From contig CM119372.1 in assembly GCA_051294905.1 (NCBI GenBank), positions 19,470,001-19,534,000 of the forward strand: a stretch of 64,000 nucleotides of DNA, given 5' to 3'. Of the stretch, positions 1-11,718 are shown piece by piece. The position numbers and the translations under genes were made by a program. Position 1 is the stretch's first letter. Every line of letters starts with the position of its first letter. This stretch comes from Botryllus schlosseri (lineage: Eukaryota). The notes below the pieces were generated by a model that did not search any database, had not been told where the DNA came from, and saw nothing but the letters and a program-made list of their open reading frames with translations.

Positions 1-766
1 TTATTATTCGCCCGATAGGAGCGAACCAAATTAGGTATCATTGCAAACAAGACCTATATTACTACGGTTTAAAGTTGGTAACAATTATGTCATGCAACGG
101 TGCGGTGTGCAGTCATGACCTGGTCGCGCGAAGCGCGAAATTTTTTCAATAGTTATGAATGAATTCTATCAATAAATGTGTTACTTACATATATTGGGGG
201 TCGCATCTGTACACCACTGGGCTCATTTGGCAAGGACAGGATTATTCGGTATTTAGACATAGCAATATCGACGGTTTCGGTGAATATGCCTATATCATTT
301 TGTGCAAATGTTGCATCGCCGACGATCTCGCTGCGAGCGCACAAGCGAAGACGCATGTTGGACGACACGTTATCTCGTAATTGCGAATATAGTTAGTCTC
401 AATTCTGTAAATAACGCGTATTCATAATTTTCAAGGGGGCTTCAATATTGAATGCAAGAAATCTAGTGACAATAAATCACGCGAAGTGCTGAGAAAAAAT
501 TCAAGTCAAATAAATCTGCTACGAAATATTCTACTTAATGGTCATATAAGAAAATCTGCGATCAATGTGGCTGGCCCCTGGTTACGCCAATGCGTTAGAA
601 CTGATGTTTTTGTCATCATCAAATTTCGCGGTCAGGCTAATCAAATTTTGGTTGGCTTTGCAATTTTACCTGATGTTATAAATCATTTCGAGAATTACCT
701 CGCAGGACACACAAAACCTTCTCGTGGGTCACATTTGGTCTGCGGGACATGGGTTGGCCGCACCTG
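1..766. mobile_element. Right part of a non-autonomous hAT-like TIR element (left end outside window)
   Basis: Ends with ...GGTTGGCCGCACCTG (CAGGTGCGGCCAACC on the reverse strand). Its internal segment 121-165 recurs at ~53929-53975. Confidence 0.45.
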
Positions 767-862
767 ATCTGTATCGTTGTTAAAAACAGTGATTGATGGT
801 ACATAAAAATCCTATTGAAAATCTTTTGAAAGCAATTGTTTTCATGATAAAGAAGCTGGCGT

Positions 863-1053
863 TGGAGTCGGAGACGAAGTCGGAGTCAAGGTCATTTTGA
901 CAAACTCCGACTCCGACTCCAGTCAGACTCAGTATATTTTCCATGACTCCGACTCCGACTCCAGCCATTATGGTTTTCACGACTCCGACTCCATCAAGCG
1001 AAAATTAGTCAGACTCCGACTCCGACTCCACCGACTCCGACTCCACAGCCCTG
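863..1053. mobile_element. MITE terminus with (GACTCC)n subterminal arrays
   Basis: Multiple GACTCC/GGAGTC hexamers ending in ...CTCCACAGCCCTG (CAGGGCTGTGGAGTCGG on the reverse strand). Confidence 0.6.
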
Positions 1054-1252
1054 GTGCATACCATATGCGTCGTAATCTGTAGGACTACCAGTAAAGCTAC
1101 TCAGGCAGACTTGTACAAACTATACCCATTTAGTCTATAGTTATAGTTATAGTTATAGTTATAGTTGCTGATTTTGAAAATTGAGTAGTTGTAGTTCTAT
1201 TTGTAGTTGTGGATTGCAGTTGTGGCCAATATCTTCAAAATATCATTGATAG

Positions 1253-2235
1253 CAGGGATGGTGTAAACGTGAGGTTCACGTTCGGATTCTGTGTATGGTC
1301 CTCGGAAATTTCGAGGTTCACTTTCACAAACTAACCTTGGTAGGTTCTGCACTGTGAACCTTTTCCTATATTACAATTTTCACTTGATTATAACATCTTT
1401 GGTTTGCGAGTGTGGGCCACTCTATACCTGGCGCTGGCAGCATAAAAATAAGAACACTAAACGAGCATGCACTTTGAGAATCTCAAAAATTTTACTTGCT
1501 TTGTTACAAAAGTTTGCTCGAAATATCCAGCTTTCGTTTGCGAATATTTAGTGACTCTCTGCCGTGAGCTTGACCCGCAATCACACCACATCAAGAGCGA
1601 AATGCACTACAAGTAGGTATAGTCAGCGAAGGATGCTTATCCAGCCAATCAATGAAATTGATATCGTTATCTAATGTAAAAAATCTTCTTGGTTTCACAT
1701 CTTTATTGTATCATAAAAACCAAATCCGTGCGATTAGAGTGTTAGCTACTGCTGTTAAATTTGTTAATGTTATGGGGTAATATCGCAAGCAAGTATAGAA
1801 ACCCGTTTTAAACTCTGCTCAATATCAACGTAGCAATACTCAGACGTCTACTAAATGTCCCGGTCTGGACTAGACAGTTAAGGCGGAAGCATATATTTCC
1901 TTGCAACTCATCGTCGAAATTGTTGGCAAAGCGACGAAAGATATTGATGTTATAGGACTTTTATATCATATGATTGCCTCAGTTGATACATTTGGCGACG
2001 TTTAAAACGTCAATATGTACTTCAGCATTGTTGCATTATGTGACTCGAGTCTTCGCTAGGTATCGTGTACATTATTACATTTTTATAGACTATCGTTCCA
2101 CTGAAATGTAGGGTTGGAATTAGCAATATGACGCCGCGTGACGTCATGAGGTTCACGTTCGCGTTCACACAGAACCTTTCAAAAATATTCGCGTTGACAC
2201 GACCCTGAACCTTTCAGAGGTTCACACCATCCCTA
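1253..2235. mobile_element. MITE family A (TIR YAGGGATGGTGT, GTTCAC subterminal repeats), ~980 bp
   Basis: cagggatggtgtaaac...gttcacaccatcccta; colinear with the copy at 46573-48770. An extra right-end copy lies at ~2508-2634. Confidence 0.8.
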
Positions 2236-3919
2236 GTATATGTCTCCCACATTTGCGGGTCGTTTGCGAGTAAGTGAGTCAGTGATCGTGTGCGGAAATA
2301 CGAGTAATCGAGATAGCGAGTGAGTGGATGGATGAAACGAAGGATGTTGAGGGTTGAATGCGGATGGGGTTGGAAATGGGTTTCGCGAGAGGGTACCACT
2401 ATTTTTATTCATCTTCGGGAGGTAGGCCTACGTGAATATTGGTTATTGTTCACTTCTTTGTTTCTTGAATTTACTCCCTATAAAACCGGCTATCACTTCA
2501 TTAAAAGATAGGTTGGAATTAGCAATATGACGTCACGTGACGTCATAAGGTTCACGTTCGCGTTCACACAGAACCTTTCAAAAAGGTTCGCGTTCACACG
2601 AACCTGAATCTTTCAGAAGTTCACACAATGCCTAATAGATACATCAATTTACAGAATAGGCCTACATATCAGAATATCATATACTACCTGTTCAGATGTA
2701 TTTCTGTAAAAGCGAGACTGCCTTGTAGTAGCACGATCGCGGTATGGAAAAATCCAAGTGTATGACCCCAAGTATTTTCCATCGGAAGGTACCAGAAGGT
2801 ATAGATGCACGCCCAGGCGAATGCATACCCGTGATATCTAGTTGTGGAAAAGTTATAATAACAACGCGATGATCTACATGCCTATAGGCCTATAATACTT
2901 TCTGACTAGCTGGAGAGGCCCGGGATTCAGTCGCAGTTTCTTAGTGGTTGTACCTTATTTAGATTCTTGATTTCGCCACATCAACACCAAGCCCCGGTAT
3001 ACTCGATAAGTAGGATGAAGCATATCATCATGATGACAGATGCCTAAAAACAGTCCTGTCAATGTCATAGTTCGAACTCTATACTACAAGTAGTGATCAT
3101 TTGACATGAACCTGAGAGCTAAACATGGCGACGTCTTGAGCAGTAGCGCCTTACGTTGTGTGCGTTTGGACAAGATGTAGCACGTGGAATAATCCATTGT
3201 CGAACAGCATTCCTCAGTTAAACCATCTCAATTCCGTGCTTCCGATCTCAATAGTTTTCTTATGCTGCTGTATTAGATCAGATAATACCATAACTGTTGA
3301 GTCGGAATCAGAGTATCGAGTAGGAAGTGAGGAGTTGCGACATGTTAGGTCAGTTAGGAGCAGAGGTGGTCAAAGTAGTCAAGAAAGCTACTCAAGTAGA
3401 AGTAGAAGAAGCGACAAAAAATATACTCAAGTACGTGTAGAAGTACTTCTTCCATAAGCAACCTAAAACTACTTGAAGTAGCAGTAGAATTGACTGACTT
3501 TAAATCTACTCAAGTAAGTAAGTAGTTTTGAAAACAGTCTTAATTAGTTCGCATGGACTGTCAAAAGCTGCAAATTGGTCTATGTGGAAGGTGCAGAGAG
3601 CTTGATTCGTATTGATTCATCCCAGGAGGTATCAATTTTCGACAGAATAAGTATTCCTTCGCATCGTTGGATGCAGATTATAGTATTGATGTGAAAATCA
3701 ACCTTTTGTTTACCAAAAGACCCCGTTTGAGAGAACATCATGGCATGGACCCCTACCCCATATTGCAAGGCCCCAAGTTTAGGCGAAGAGCAATACAGAG
3801 AAGTTGTATCGGATACCGTTTCAACAATTTGCGCGATTGGTATACGTTAATAACTAATATTGTGGACCGTAAAATTTATATTTAGTGTAGCTTTATTTTT
3901 GGAAAATAGAGGCATTACT

Positions 3920-4324
3920 TAGGGTTACCAATCTTATACGTCTTCCTGTAGGAGGATTTGTCCTCCTTTTTCGGGTTTTTGTAAATGTCCTCCAAGGACG
4001 CCTAAATGTCCTCCTTTTTGAGATTTTGTCCTCTTTTAATAGAATTTTAGTTAAAATCCGACCGAGATACCATTAAATAGCACCGAATTATCGCCCAGGC
4101 GGGTATTTCGGGAGTCAAGCGAAAGTTGACCTTTTTTTCAGTCAACCACCTGATAACGTGAAAGAAAAACAGTATTTTGGTCGCTGTGTGAGAAAGTTGA
4201 CCTATTTTTCTAGTCAACCGTGGAAAAAAATTTACCATTTTATCAGTATTTTCCACCGGTATACAAGGTTTAAAAATTTTGAAAAAGTGACCCCCCCCCC
4301 CGATTCCAGAATATGGTAACCCGA
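3920..4324. mobile_element. hAT-like MITE (TIR TAGGGTTACCA, TGTCCTC repeats)
   Basis: tagggttacca...tggtaacccga flanked by CATTACT direct repeats. Related to 22732-23106. Confidence 0.7.
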
Positions 4325-4429
4325 CATTACTACACTTGCCTTTATGCTTCAACATGTAGCCTATGTTCTGCAGACAAAAGAACTGAAAGTAATTAGAACT
4401 GTGGCATTACATCACAGCACTATATATGC

Positions 4430-6378
4430 CACAAGCGCCCGTAATACCACAAAAATACCACAAAAATGCGATACAATGAAAAGATAGGAAGGTGTCGAAG
4501 CGACTTGGAGTAGTCTATTGAATCAGACACCCACCTTGGCCTAGGCGATGTAAAGAGGAAGCATGCACACTGAATAAAAAGTATATAAGATATAGAAAAA
4601 GGCAAGCAGCAAGAAATAGGGTGGCATGTCTTGGAAGGCGAGATCGATAGGTCAGTCGTGGTCCGGTAATCTTGATGATGGACTAATATTCACTTAGTAG
4701 TAATTGCTTGTATTTCCACTTGAATGTGGACATGCTCGTCGACTGTCTGATGGCCGGCGGGATACTGTTCCACACATCGGGTCTGGCATATTTGATGGAG
4801 CGATGATCTTTTCGGTCGATCATATGATATTTGGACGACGTGGACACGCGTGTGTTGTACTTGTGCGCTTTGGATTCCGATGCAGCACCGTAACTGCCGC
4901 ACCCCAAACCCCCCAATTGGGGGGGCGAGCTCGAAGGGGGCCCAAAATTATTACGTAAATTAGCATAAATCATAGAGTATTTTTTGAAAATTTATGCAAT
5001 CGTTTCAAAATTTTTTCGCGCTACGCGCGAATTCAAATAGCCATTTTTCTATATTATTGGATATTGGACCATTACCGCGCTACGACCCACCAAGACATAC
5101 AATCAAGTTTTAGGCCATATAACATGCGACCCCAAGAAGTGTGCCAGAACGACGGCAGCGACAAAAGCTTGGCCGAAAAGGTCTATGCCCTTGTGCAGAC
5201 CGAAGACTTCGTTATATAGGCTATACAAAATACATATAGGTTTAATTGTCCATAGGCGCCTAAATGACCGGCGCCGAATGTTCCTGTCTTTGCAGTCTGA
5301 ACCTCACAAGACAAATGCCATCCCGCTGGGAAAAATTTTATGTCAGTGAAGAAATACCAATTTGAAATCGTGTGCCTCTCTTAGTTTAGAAGCCTACGTT
5401 TGGGCGATTCTATATTTTTTGATGTAGCAGACTGGAAGTCACGAAATAACATCATGTAACGAAGTCATATCAACGGGTCCGCCTGCCCGAAGATGTTTAA
5501 TCATTATTTACGGGCCGTCCCGTTTTCAAGACACTTCACTCAGCTCCACCGGTAAATCTAATTACGTGAGTATGGAGAGGACAATAAATTGATAGCATAA
5601 TATATATGCAATCGCCTTTCTGATAGACCGATTTTATCATAAATTATCGAACATTTTCGCGCTTGGCGCTGGCTCTCAATACAGTACAGATAATTTCGTG
5701 ACAAACGCGAGCAACGTGATGGGGGCCTGACGAGGTGCTGTTTCGTTCCTGCCAATGGGTATACGCCAGAAGATGTTTAATTATTATTGAGTGGTCCTAC
5801 CTTTTCAAACACACCTCACTCAGCTCTACCGGCAAATCTGATTACGTGAGCAGAGAGAAGATAAAAATAGATAACAAATATGCAATTCCCGATCATACTG
5901 ACCGACGAAATCATGAATTCTAGAAATTTTCCGCGCTTCGCGCGCTTAGGCGACAAAAGCTGACTCACTAAACAAACTCCCAATGAGTATGATGAATAGC
6001 GGTAAACAGTGTATCGGCGGAGTGGGGGTCATGGGGGCGAAGCCCCCCAGAAGTTCGGTCTAGAACCCTATGGGGGGCCAATACCAAAGTTTTTTTGGGG
6101 CGATGACGAAGTGCTGTTACGGCCCTGTTCCGAGGTAAAAAAGTCATTGAAATATTCGGGACAACGACCGCAGTGGAACTGATACATAAACTTGGCGATT
6201 TCTAGTTTCCGCGTATCTTCTATGTTCAACACACCGAATCTCTTCAGCAGCGACTTGTTGGATGGAGAACCAGGCCCCTGCGGGGCCCTAGCAATGATAC
6301 GGAGTAACATGTTGTAGTTTTTGCAGTGGCTGGAGTGCAGTTTTACTGGCAGCCCCCCAACAGAGGATGCCATATTGT
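4430..6378 (-). mobile_element. 5'-truncated CR1/L2-like LINE (ORF2 C-terminus + 3' UTR), interrupted by a MITE at 4883-6127
   Basis: Minus-strand peptides ..LNIEDTRKLEIAKFMYQFHCGRCPEYFNDFFTSE and SKAHKYNTR..SIKYARPDVWNSIPPAIRQSTSMSTFKWKYKQLLL* join across the MITE and resemble the post-RT tail of CR1/L2-clade ORF2. Related fragments at ~44215-44285, 54128-54194 and 57270-57525. Confidence 0.75.
4883..6127. mobile_element. hAT-type MITE family B (TIR CAGGGCCGTAAC), ~1.25 kb
   Basis: cagcaccgtaactg...gttacggccctg; TSD TTCCGATG/TTCCGAGG (7/8). Inverted sister copy at 36184-37485. Confidence 0.85.
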
Positions 6379-6643
6379 AACTTCGATTGGATCGAGGATT
6401 TATAGAGTATCAGAACTAGAACTAGAACTACTCAATTTTTAAGATCAGCCTCTAGAACTAGAACTACTCAAAAAAACCGTTAGTTAGTTGACCATCAACT
6501 AACTAAATGTTTAGTTTGTACAAGTCTGCTTCTGTTCCTTTCCCGAGCATTTTGGCCGAATAAAGCGGTTGTCCGGGTTATCCGGCGTCCGAACTAAGCG
6601 GAGTCGACTGCAGTTTTAGGAAGGGTTACCAATTACCTTAGAT

Positions 6644-7868
6644 CAGGGGTTCTCAGCCCTTTCTTGGCCGTGGCCCATTTTCCGGTTTGAAAATGTGCTG
6701 TGGCCCACAATCTTAAAGTGATAATCCTGTTCAATGTGTGGTAATCGACGGTGGCGATATGCCTATTTCTCTAAAATATGCGCATTTTTCTCCATAATTA
6801 ATGATGAAATTAAAATATAAACATGTCGGGGCATGAAGTCGCGCGAAGCGCGACGAAAATTTTCAAGTTGTAATATCTTCCAACAAACGACCAACGAAAT
6901 AATCTTGGGCCCCTTCTAGCTCCCCCAATTGGGGGTTTGGGTGCGGCAGTTGCGGTTCTGGTAGATCATATGCTAAAACTTCTGAGTATTTTATGATCGT
7001 CCGCTGCTCCATTCGCTTCGCGAAACACAATGATCGGATTCCCGCATACACTGTGTGATTGGGATTTCAGTTCCACTATTGAGGGGAATAGTATAATCAT
7101 TCTGGGCTACCTTCAAAGAATTCATTGGTGAGTGGGGTGCTACAGAGGAGTGGAGAAAGATTTTCATATTATGCATGCTGTACAGTGTACATTGTATGTC
7201 ACGTACTGAACCAACTGAAGTTGCGATGTCGGAATATTCAATCCAGTGATACTATCAATTCATGTGACTCTTACATTATGTACATTGGTTTCCAGGCATG
7301 ACATTTTAAACAGACTTCAAATATTAATGCGCTCCGCTGAATCCTCAATCCATTACTATTCGTTGCGGTGGTGCAGTATATCTCCACCAGAAGTTGCTAA
7401 TAATTTGCAATTATGGCCATTTTTAACTTACAATAATACGACCTGCCGAAGTACAGTAAATCTATACATCAATTATACTTCATACCGAGTTTATTGCACA
7501 CCCATTATGACCCTGCCGGAATACTTGGTTACTTCAGCATTACCTTGCAGGTATTATATACGCGAAATTATTTTAGTTGCTGTTAGCCATAGGTAGCCAT
7601 AGCCAGTGGAAAAAGCCGCCGTTTCTGCCTCCCATTTTCGACTTGAAATGCGGACTCCATACGTACCACTACGTCTCATCAGAGTCGGATGAAAAGCTTT
7701 ATGTAGCCGACGTATAATCAACTAATACGAATTTATTTTTTAGCGATTAACACAACAAATATAACTAAACTTACATTATTTCTAAAATTTTCCAAATAGC
7801 TCTGTGGCCCACCTCAAATGCTCTTGTGGCCCACCAGTGGGCCATGGCCCACCCTTTGAGAACCCCTG
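6644..7868. mobile_element. hAT (Buster/Charlie-type) MITE, TIR CAGGGGTTCTCA, 1225 bp
   Basis: caggggttctca...tgagaacccctg; perfect 8-bp TSD CCTTAGAT; GTGGCCCA subterminal repeats. Confidence 0.9.
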
Positions 7869-7933
7869 CCTTAGATCCTCCTTAGGAGGATTTGCCCCTA
7901 TTTCTCCGTTATTCCATGAGAAACCTTACAAAC

Positions 7934-8372
7934 GGTTCTATACCAATACCGAGAAAAGCATTACCGAGAATGAACATTACCGAGAATGCCATTACCGAGA
8001 ATGGACGTTACCGAGAATGGACATTACCGAGAATGGTCATTACCGAGAATAGACACCACCGAGAATGGACATTACCGAGAATGGCCAATGTCACGAATAT
8101 AGCTTACTGGGGCTGATGTTGTCGAGAAATTTATACCTGAGCATCGATACCGAATGCGGCAACGCCGTGATGCACTCACACGACCTGTACATATGCATAA
8201 CATGTCTGCATCGCATACATTGAATTTTCGGTAATGTCAATTCTCGGTGGTGTCCATTCTCGATAATGTCCATTCTCTGTACTGTCCATTCTCGGTAATG
8301 TCCATTCTCGGTGGTGTCCATTCTCGGTAATGGCATTCACGGTAATGGTTTTCTCGGTGTTGACCGGACACC
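7934..8372. mobile_element. Foldback MITE with inverted arrays of a 15-bp unit (CATTACCGAGAATGG); Mutator/Merlin-like
   Basis: ~9-10 units on each arm in opposite orientation; GG..CC termini; 9-bp flanking repeat CTTACAAAC/CTTACGAAC. Confidence 0.8.
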
Positions 8373-8750
8373 CTTACGAACAGCATATTGTAATTTGTAG
8401 GAAGTGCACATCAGATATTTAGCACGACATATCCTTTTAACAATCATCAGTGATTGCGCAATAACCCTTTGCTTTGGCATCTGCGTGGCAAATTTTGCAG
8501 CCAATGGTACCAAATCAGGGAACCCTTTGGAGGCTTGGATTGTAACCGATGTCTATGTTGTAAAGTAAAGCCCTAAACTCCGCGGACGTCGAGGAGAGTT
8601 GTGCAACACGGAGACGCAGAATTTTGGATATTTTCAATGAACAAAGTAAAAGGGTAGATATCGGCTTATAAAATCGCCTAGTCGGCAATTCGTCTGAATG
8701 TAGTTAAGTGGAGATAATTTTTCGAGTTGATTGTGCAGGAGCGCAGAACA

Positions 8751-9644
8751 ATGCGTATTTCCAGTAACTCAAGTAGGCTTTTGATTTTGTGTGTCACTGT
8801 GATCGTGATCGTGTGGTTGTTCATGGACCACAAATGCCAAGACAAAGGGAGCGAATCCAAATATTCTCAATCACCATTTGATGAGAAAGGGGAATCAAAT
8901 AACATACCAGTAGACAATCTTGATGACGGCGCACATGAATTAGCAGTTATTGTGCCTTTTCGAAACCGGTTGGAAGAACTGATGGAATTCGCACCTTGGA
9001 TGCACAAGTTTCTTAATCAACAAGGTGTTCGACATAAAATTATAGTAGTAAACCAAGTTGACATGCACCGATTTAATCGCGCGGCTTTGATAAACATTGG
9101 GTACCTGAAATCAAAAGACGAATGTGACTACATGGTTATGCATGATGTAGATTTACTCCCAAATAATTTGGAATTGAAATATACCTTTCCAGATAAGGGA
9201 GTGCATCACTTGGCGTCGCCCGATATACACCCCATCTACCACTATAAAAAGTATGTGGGAGGCGTGCTCATGCTAAAAATGACAGACTTTGCACTTTGCC
9301 GTGGGATGTCAAATATATTTTGGGGATGGGGACGTGAGGACGATGAGTTCTATATGAGGATGAAGGAGAATAATTTACCGTTGATGCGCCCAACTGGTAT
9401 TACAACTGGATATGACACCTTCAAACATATTCACGATAAGGTGAAAAGGCCGCGGGATTACAAAAGATATGGCTCGCAGAAGCAAGTACAATTTAAAAGG
9501 GATCCGGACACTGGCGTTGACACTGTGCAATATAAACTCCTAAGCCAAAATGAATTGATATTGAATGGTGCGCCATTGACTATTTACAATGTAGAATTGG
9601 AGTGTGACAAATCAAAGACTCCCTGGTGTGATCATGAAAAATGA
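8751..9644 (+). CDS. B4GALT7: Beta-1,4-galactosyltransferase 7 (xylosylprotein 4-beta-galactosyltransferase), single-exon CDS, 297 aa
   Basis: First ATG of ORF 8727..9644 is at 8751. N-terminal TM anchor (LLILCVTVIVIVWLFM), LAVIVPFRNR, FNRAALINIG, DxD motif MHDVDLLP, HPIYHYKKYVGG, FWGWGREDDEFY, FKHIHD and C-terminal CDKSKTPWC match the B4GALT7 subfamily of GT7. Confidence 0.93.
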   Translation: MRISSNSSRLLILCVTVIVIVWLFMDHKCQDKGSESKYSQSPFDEKGESNNIPVDNLDDGAHELAVIVPFRNRLEELMEFAPWMHKFLNQQGVRHKIIVVNQVDMHRFNRAALINIGYLKSKDECDYMVMHDVDLLPNNLELKYTFPDKGVHHLASPDIHPIYHYKKYVGGVLMLKMTDFALCRGMSNIFWGWGREDDEFYMRMKENNLPLMRPTGITTGYDTFKHIHDKVKRPRDYKRYGSQKQVQFKRDPDTGVDTVQYKLLSQNELILNGAPLTIYNVELECDKSKTPWCDHEK

Positions 9645-11718
9645 TTATGGCCACAAGCACTCCAATTCAAATGCAATCCGTTAACGTTCTTCGAGATTTT
9701 GACCGGGGCCACTATAACTTGATAATATGGATGCTTGTTCCTTATTCGTTGCAAACATGGTCCGAATGAGAGAGAGAGAGAGAGAAAGATCAAGCCTTGG
9801 TTGTTGGTCAAAGCGAAATGGCGACACACCTGGAGCTAACATTTGAGTTCCTGTCTCCGTATCTTAAATCCATTATGTGTGATTCTAAATGGAGCTATGC
9901 ACTCGTCAGATGTTTTGTAACAAAAATAATGGAGTAAGTGGCACAATTTCTGAACATATTTCATGCTTGATTTTGTGGTATAATTGCTCTACTTCAGATG
10001 TTTTCTCTCCTACGCTGGGAAAGTCTACCAAGCATTTTATAAATGCAGGCTCTCACAACATTGCTATTCGAAGGTACTTGGTGATTGCAAGCACAGCTAT
10101 GCCTGTATTGCAGAAATATTTTCTGTGTAATTTTTCAGTTGAGAGCACTGAAAAGAAATATTAATTTTCAAGGGATGAACCAATTCAACCAAATCATACC
10201 AATTCTGAGTACTGGTAAAGTATTCAAGATGTCGTAGTGATGATCGGATGGAAAATTTTCAGTATTCCTACTGTGTGGCTAGTCTATTCAGCATAAATGC
10301 CTCGTCAACAGGCACACATTAATAATTACCCAATGTGATCGTCATCACGTAGTCTGTAAATTTCTGCAAGTCATTGACATGCCGATAGCCAAGGTGATGT
10401 AAAAGATTCAGATTGTGTGAACTGGAACCTAACTTTTATTATCGTCATAGGCCTGGAGTCTGTGGCAAAGTTTTATTATTTTTAAAACCTGATTGTCTAC
10501 CATACCGACTTAAAATTGGTGGCAACTGATGAAATGCTGCTGGTGGATGTGATGGGCATAAAGCTTAATTAGTATATATCACTTTTTTCTGTCCATTCAC
10601 ACATTGTATGTAGCGATTGCACTTTTACTGTATGTCATTAGTGATGAATTTCTTGGTTCTTTGTGTCTTAAGATTTTTCAAGGCATATTTTCGTTATGAA
10701 GTCATTGAATTCTTTGTCGTAAAATATTCTTTTTCCCACCCTCTACTTTCAATTTTTTTTCGTCTGTGAGATGAAATGAACTCCCAGTATCATATGTGTT
10801 TATTTGTTTGTTGCATACATAGTACTATAGTATTCACATGGCCATGTTGCAATTTCGTCCAATACCGGTGGGGATTTTGATGCCCTGCTAGTAGGTTATA
10901 CCGAAATCTGGTATTCATCGTATATTTCAACTTCATAAATGTAAAATGTGCTCTAAAATTGGTATTTACGTGTTACTTCATATTCAATTGTTTCATTCGC
11001 CGGCAATGCTGGCTGGATATCTTCATTCGTTGAATGCAAAAATTCTTGTAATTTCAATAGAAATTTCCATGTTGATATCTGTGATGCATGCGATTAGTCT
11101 TTTGTACGGTATGTAATCTGTATGGAACTTCCAGGTATTTAGGGTTAGCCCTAGATATTCTGTATTCAAGATGTATTGAACAGTGGTAGTGTGGTATATA
11201 TGTTCGCATATGCCTGATGCCGGCATTCGATATTTGGTTTTAAGGCAGTGCTGTTTACTTAGATTATGCAATATGTCATAATGAGGAACACCTACAGTTG
11301 ATGCAAGGTGGCTCATAATACACAATGAATATGAAGCATATTTATCACACGACATTAGGTCAGCAAAGTTCTCCAGTGACATGTACCTTTAGAAATTAGG
11401 TTAAAGTTTTGTAATATTCTAATGAACTTAGATGATACCGAGAAACGGTGACACCTTTCTCGAATATATTTTTGCACAGAACTATACCTGTCCTTCGGTC
11501 ATTTTGAATCCACAGCATCCCGAAGCGCCGAGGTCAACGTAAATCATTTCAGTCCCCCATTCTGACCACATCGATGCCTCCCGGCTAATTCAATTCAACC
11601 GTACTCTACCTAGCTCTATTTTTCTATGCATATCTGAGTCAGAATCCGTATCAATTGCATTGCGTTCTCTTACCCCAAGCATAAGTCATATTCTATTCGT
11701 CGGTGGTACTGCTGCAAA

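Larger units (their letters stand above)
1106..6528. mobile_element. Pair of inverted MITE termini (GCAGACTTGTACAAACTA) bracketing a nest of other TEs
   Basis: 1105-1122 gcagacttgtacaaacta versus 6512-6529 tagtttgtacaagtctgc, both with (TAGTTA/TAGTTC)n subterminal arrays. No TSD found. Confidence 0.45.

Noticed and set aside
7892..8336. Repetitive ORFs (ITENGHYRE / REWTLPRM)
   Set aside because: Translations of the 15-bp tandem unit of a foldback MITE.
7945..8360. Regular repeat arrays resembling CRISPR
   Set aside because: Units are contiguous with no unique spacers, the context is eukaryotic, and there are no cas genes.
8727..8750. TTG/GTG starts given by the ORF track for B4GALT7, TRIM45 (32565) and PDSS1 (57758)
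   Set aside because: Eukaryotic context; the first in-frame ATG was used instead.
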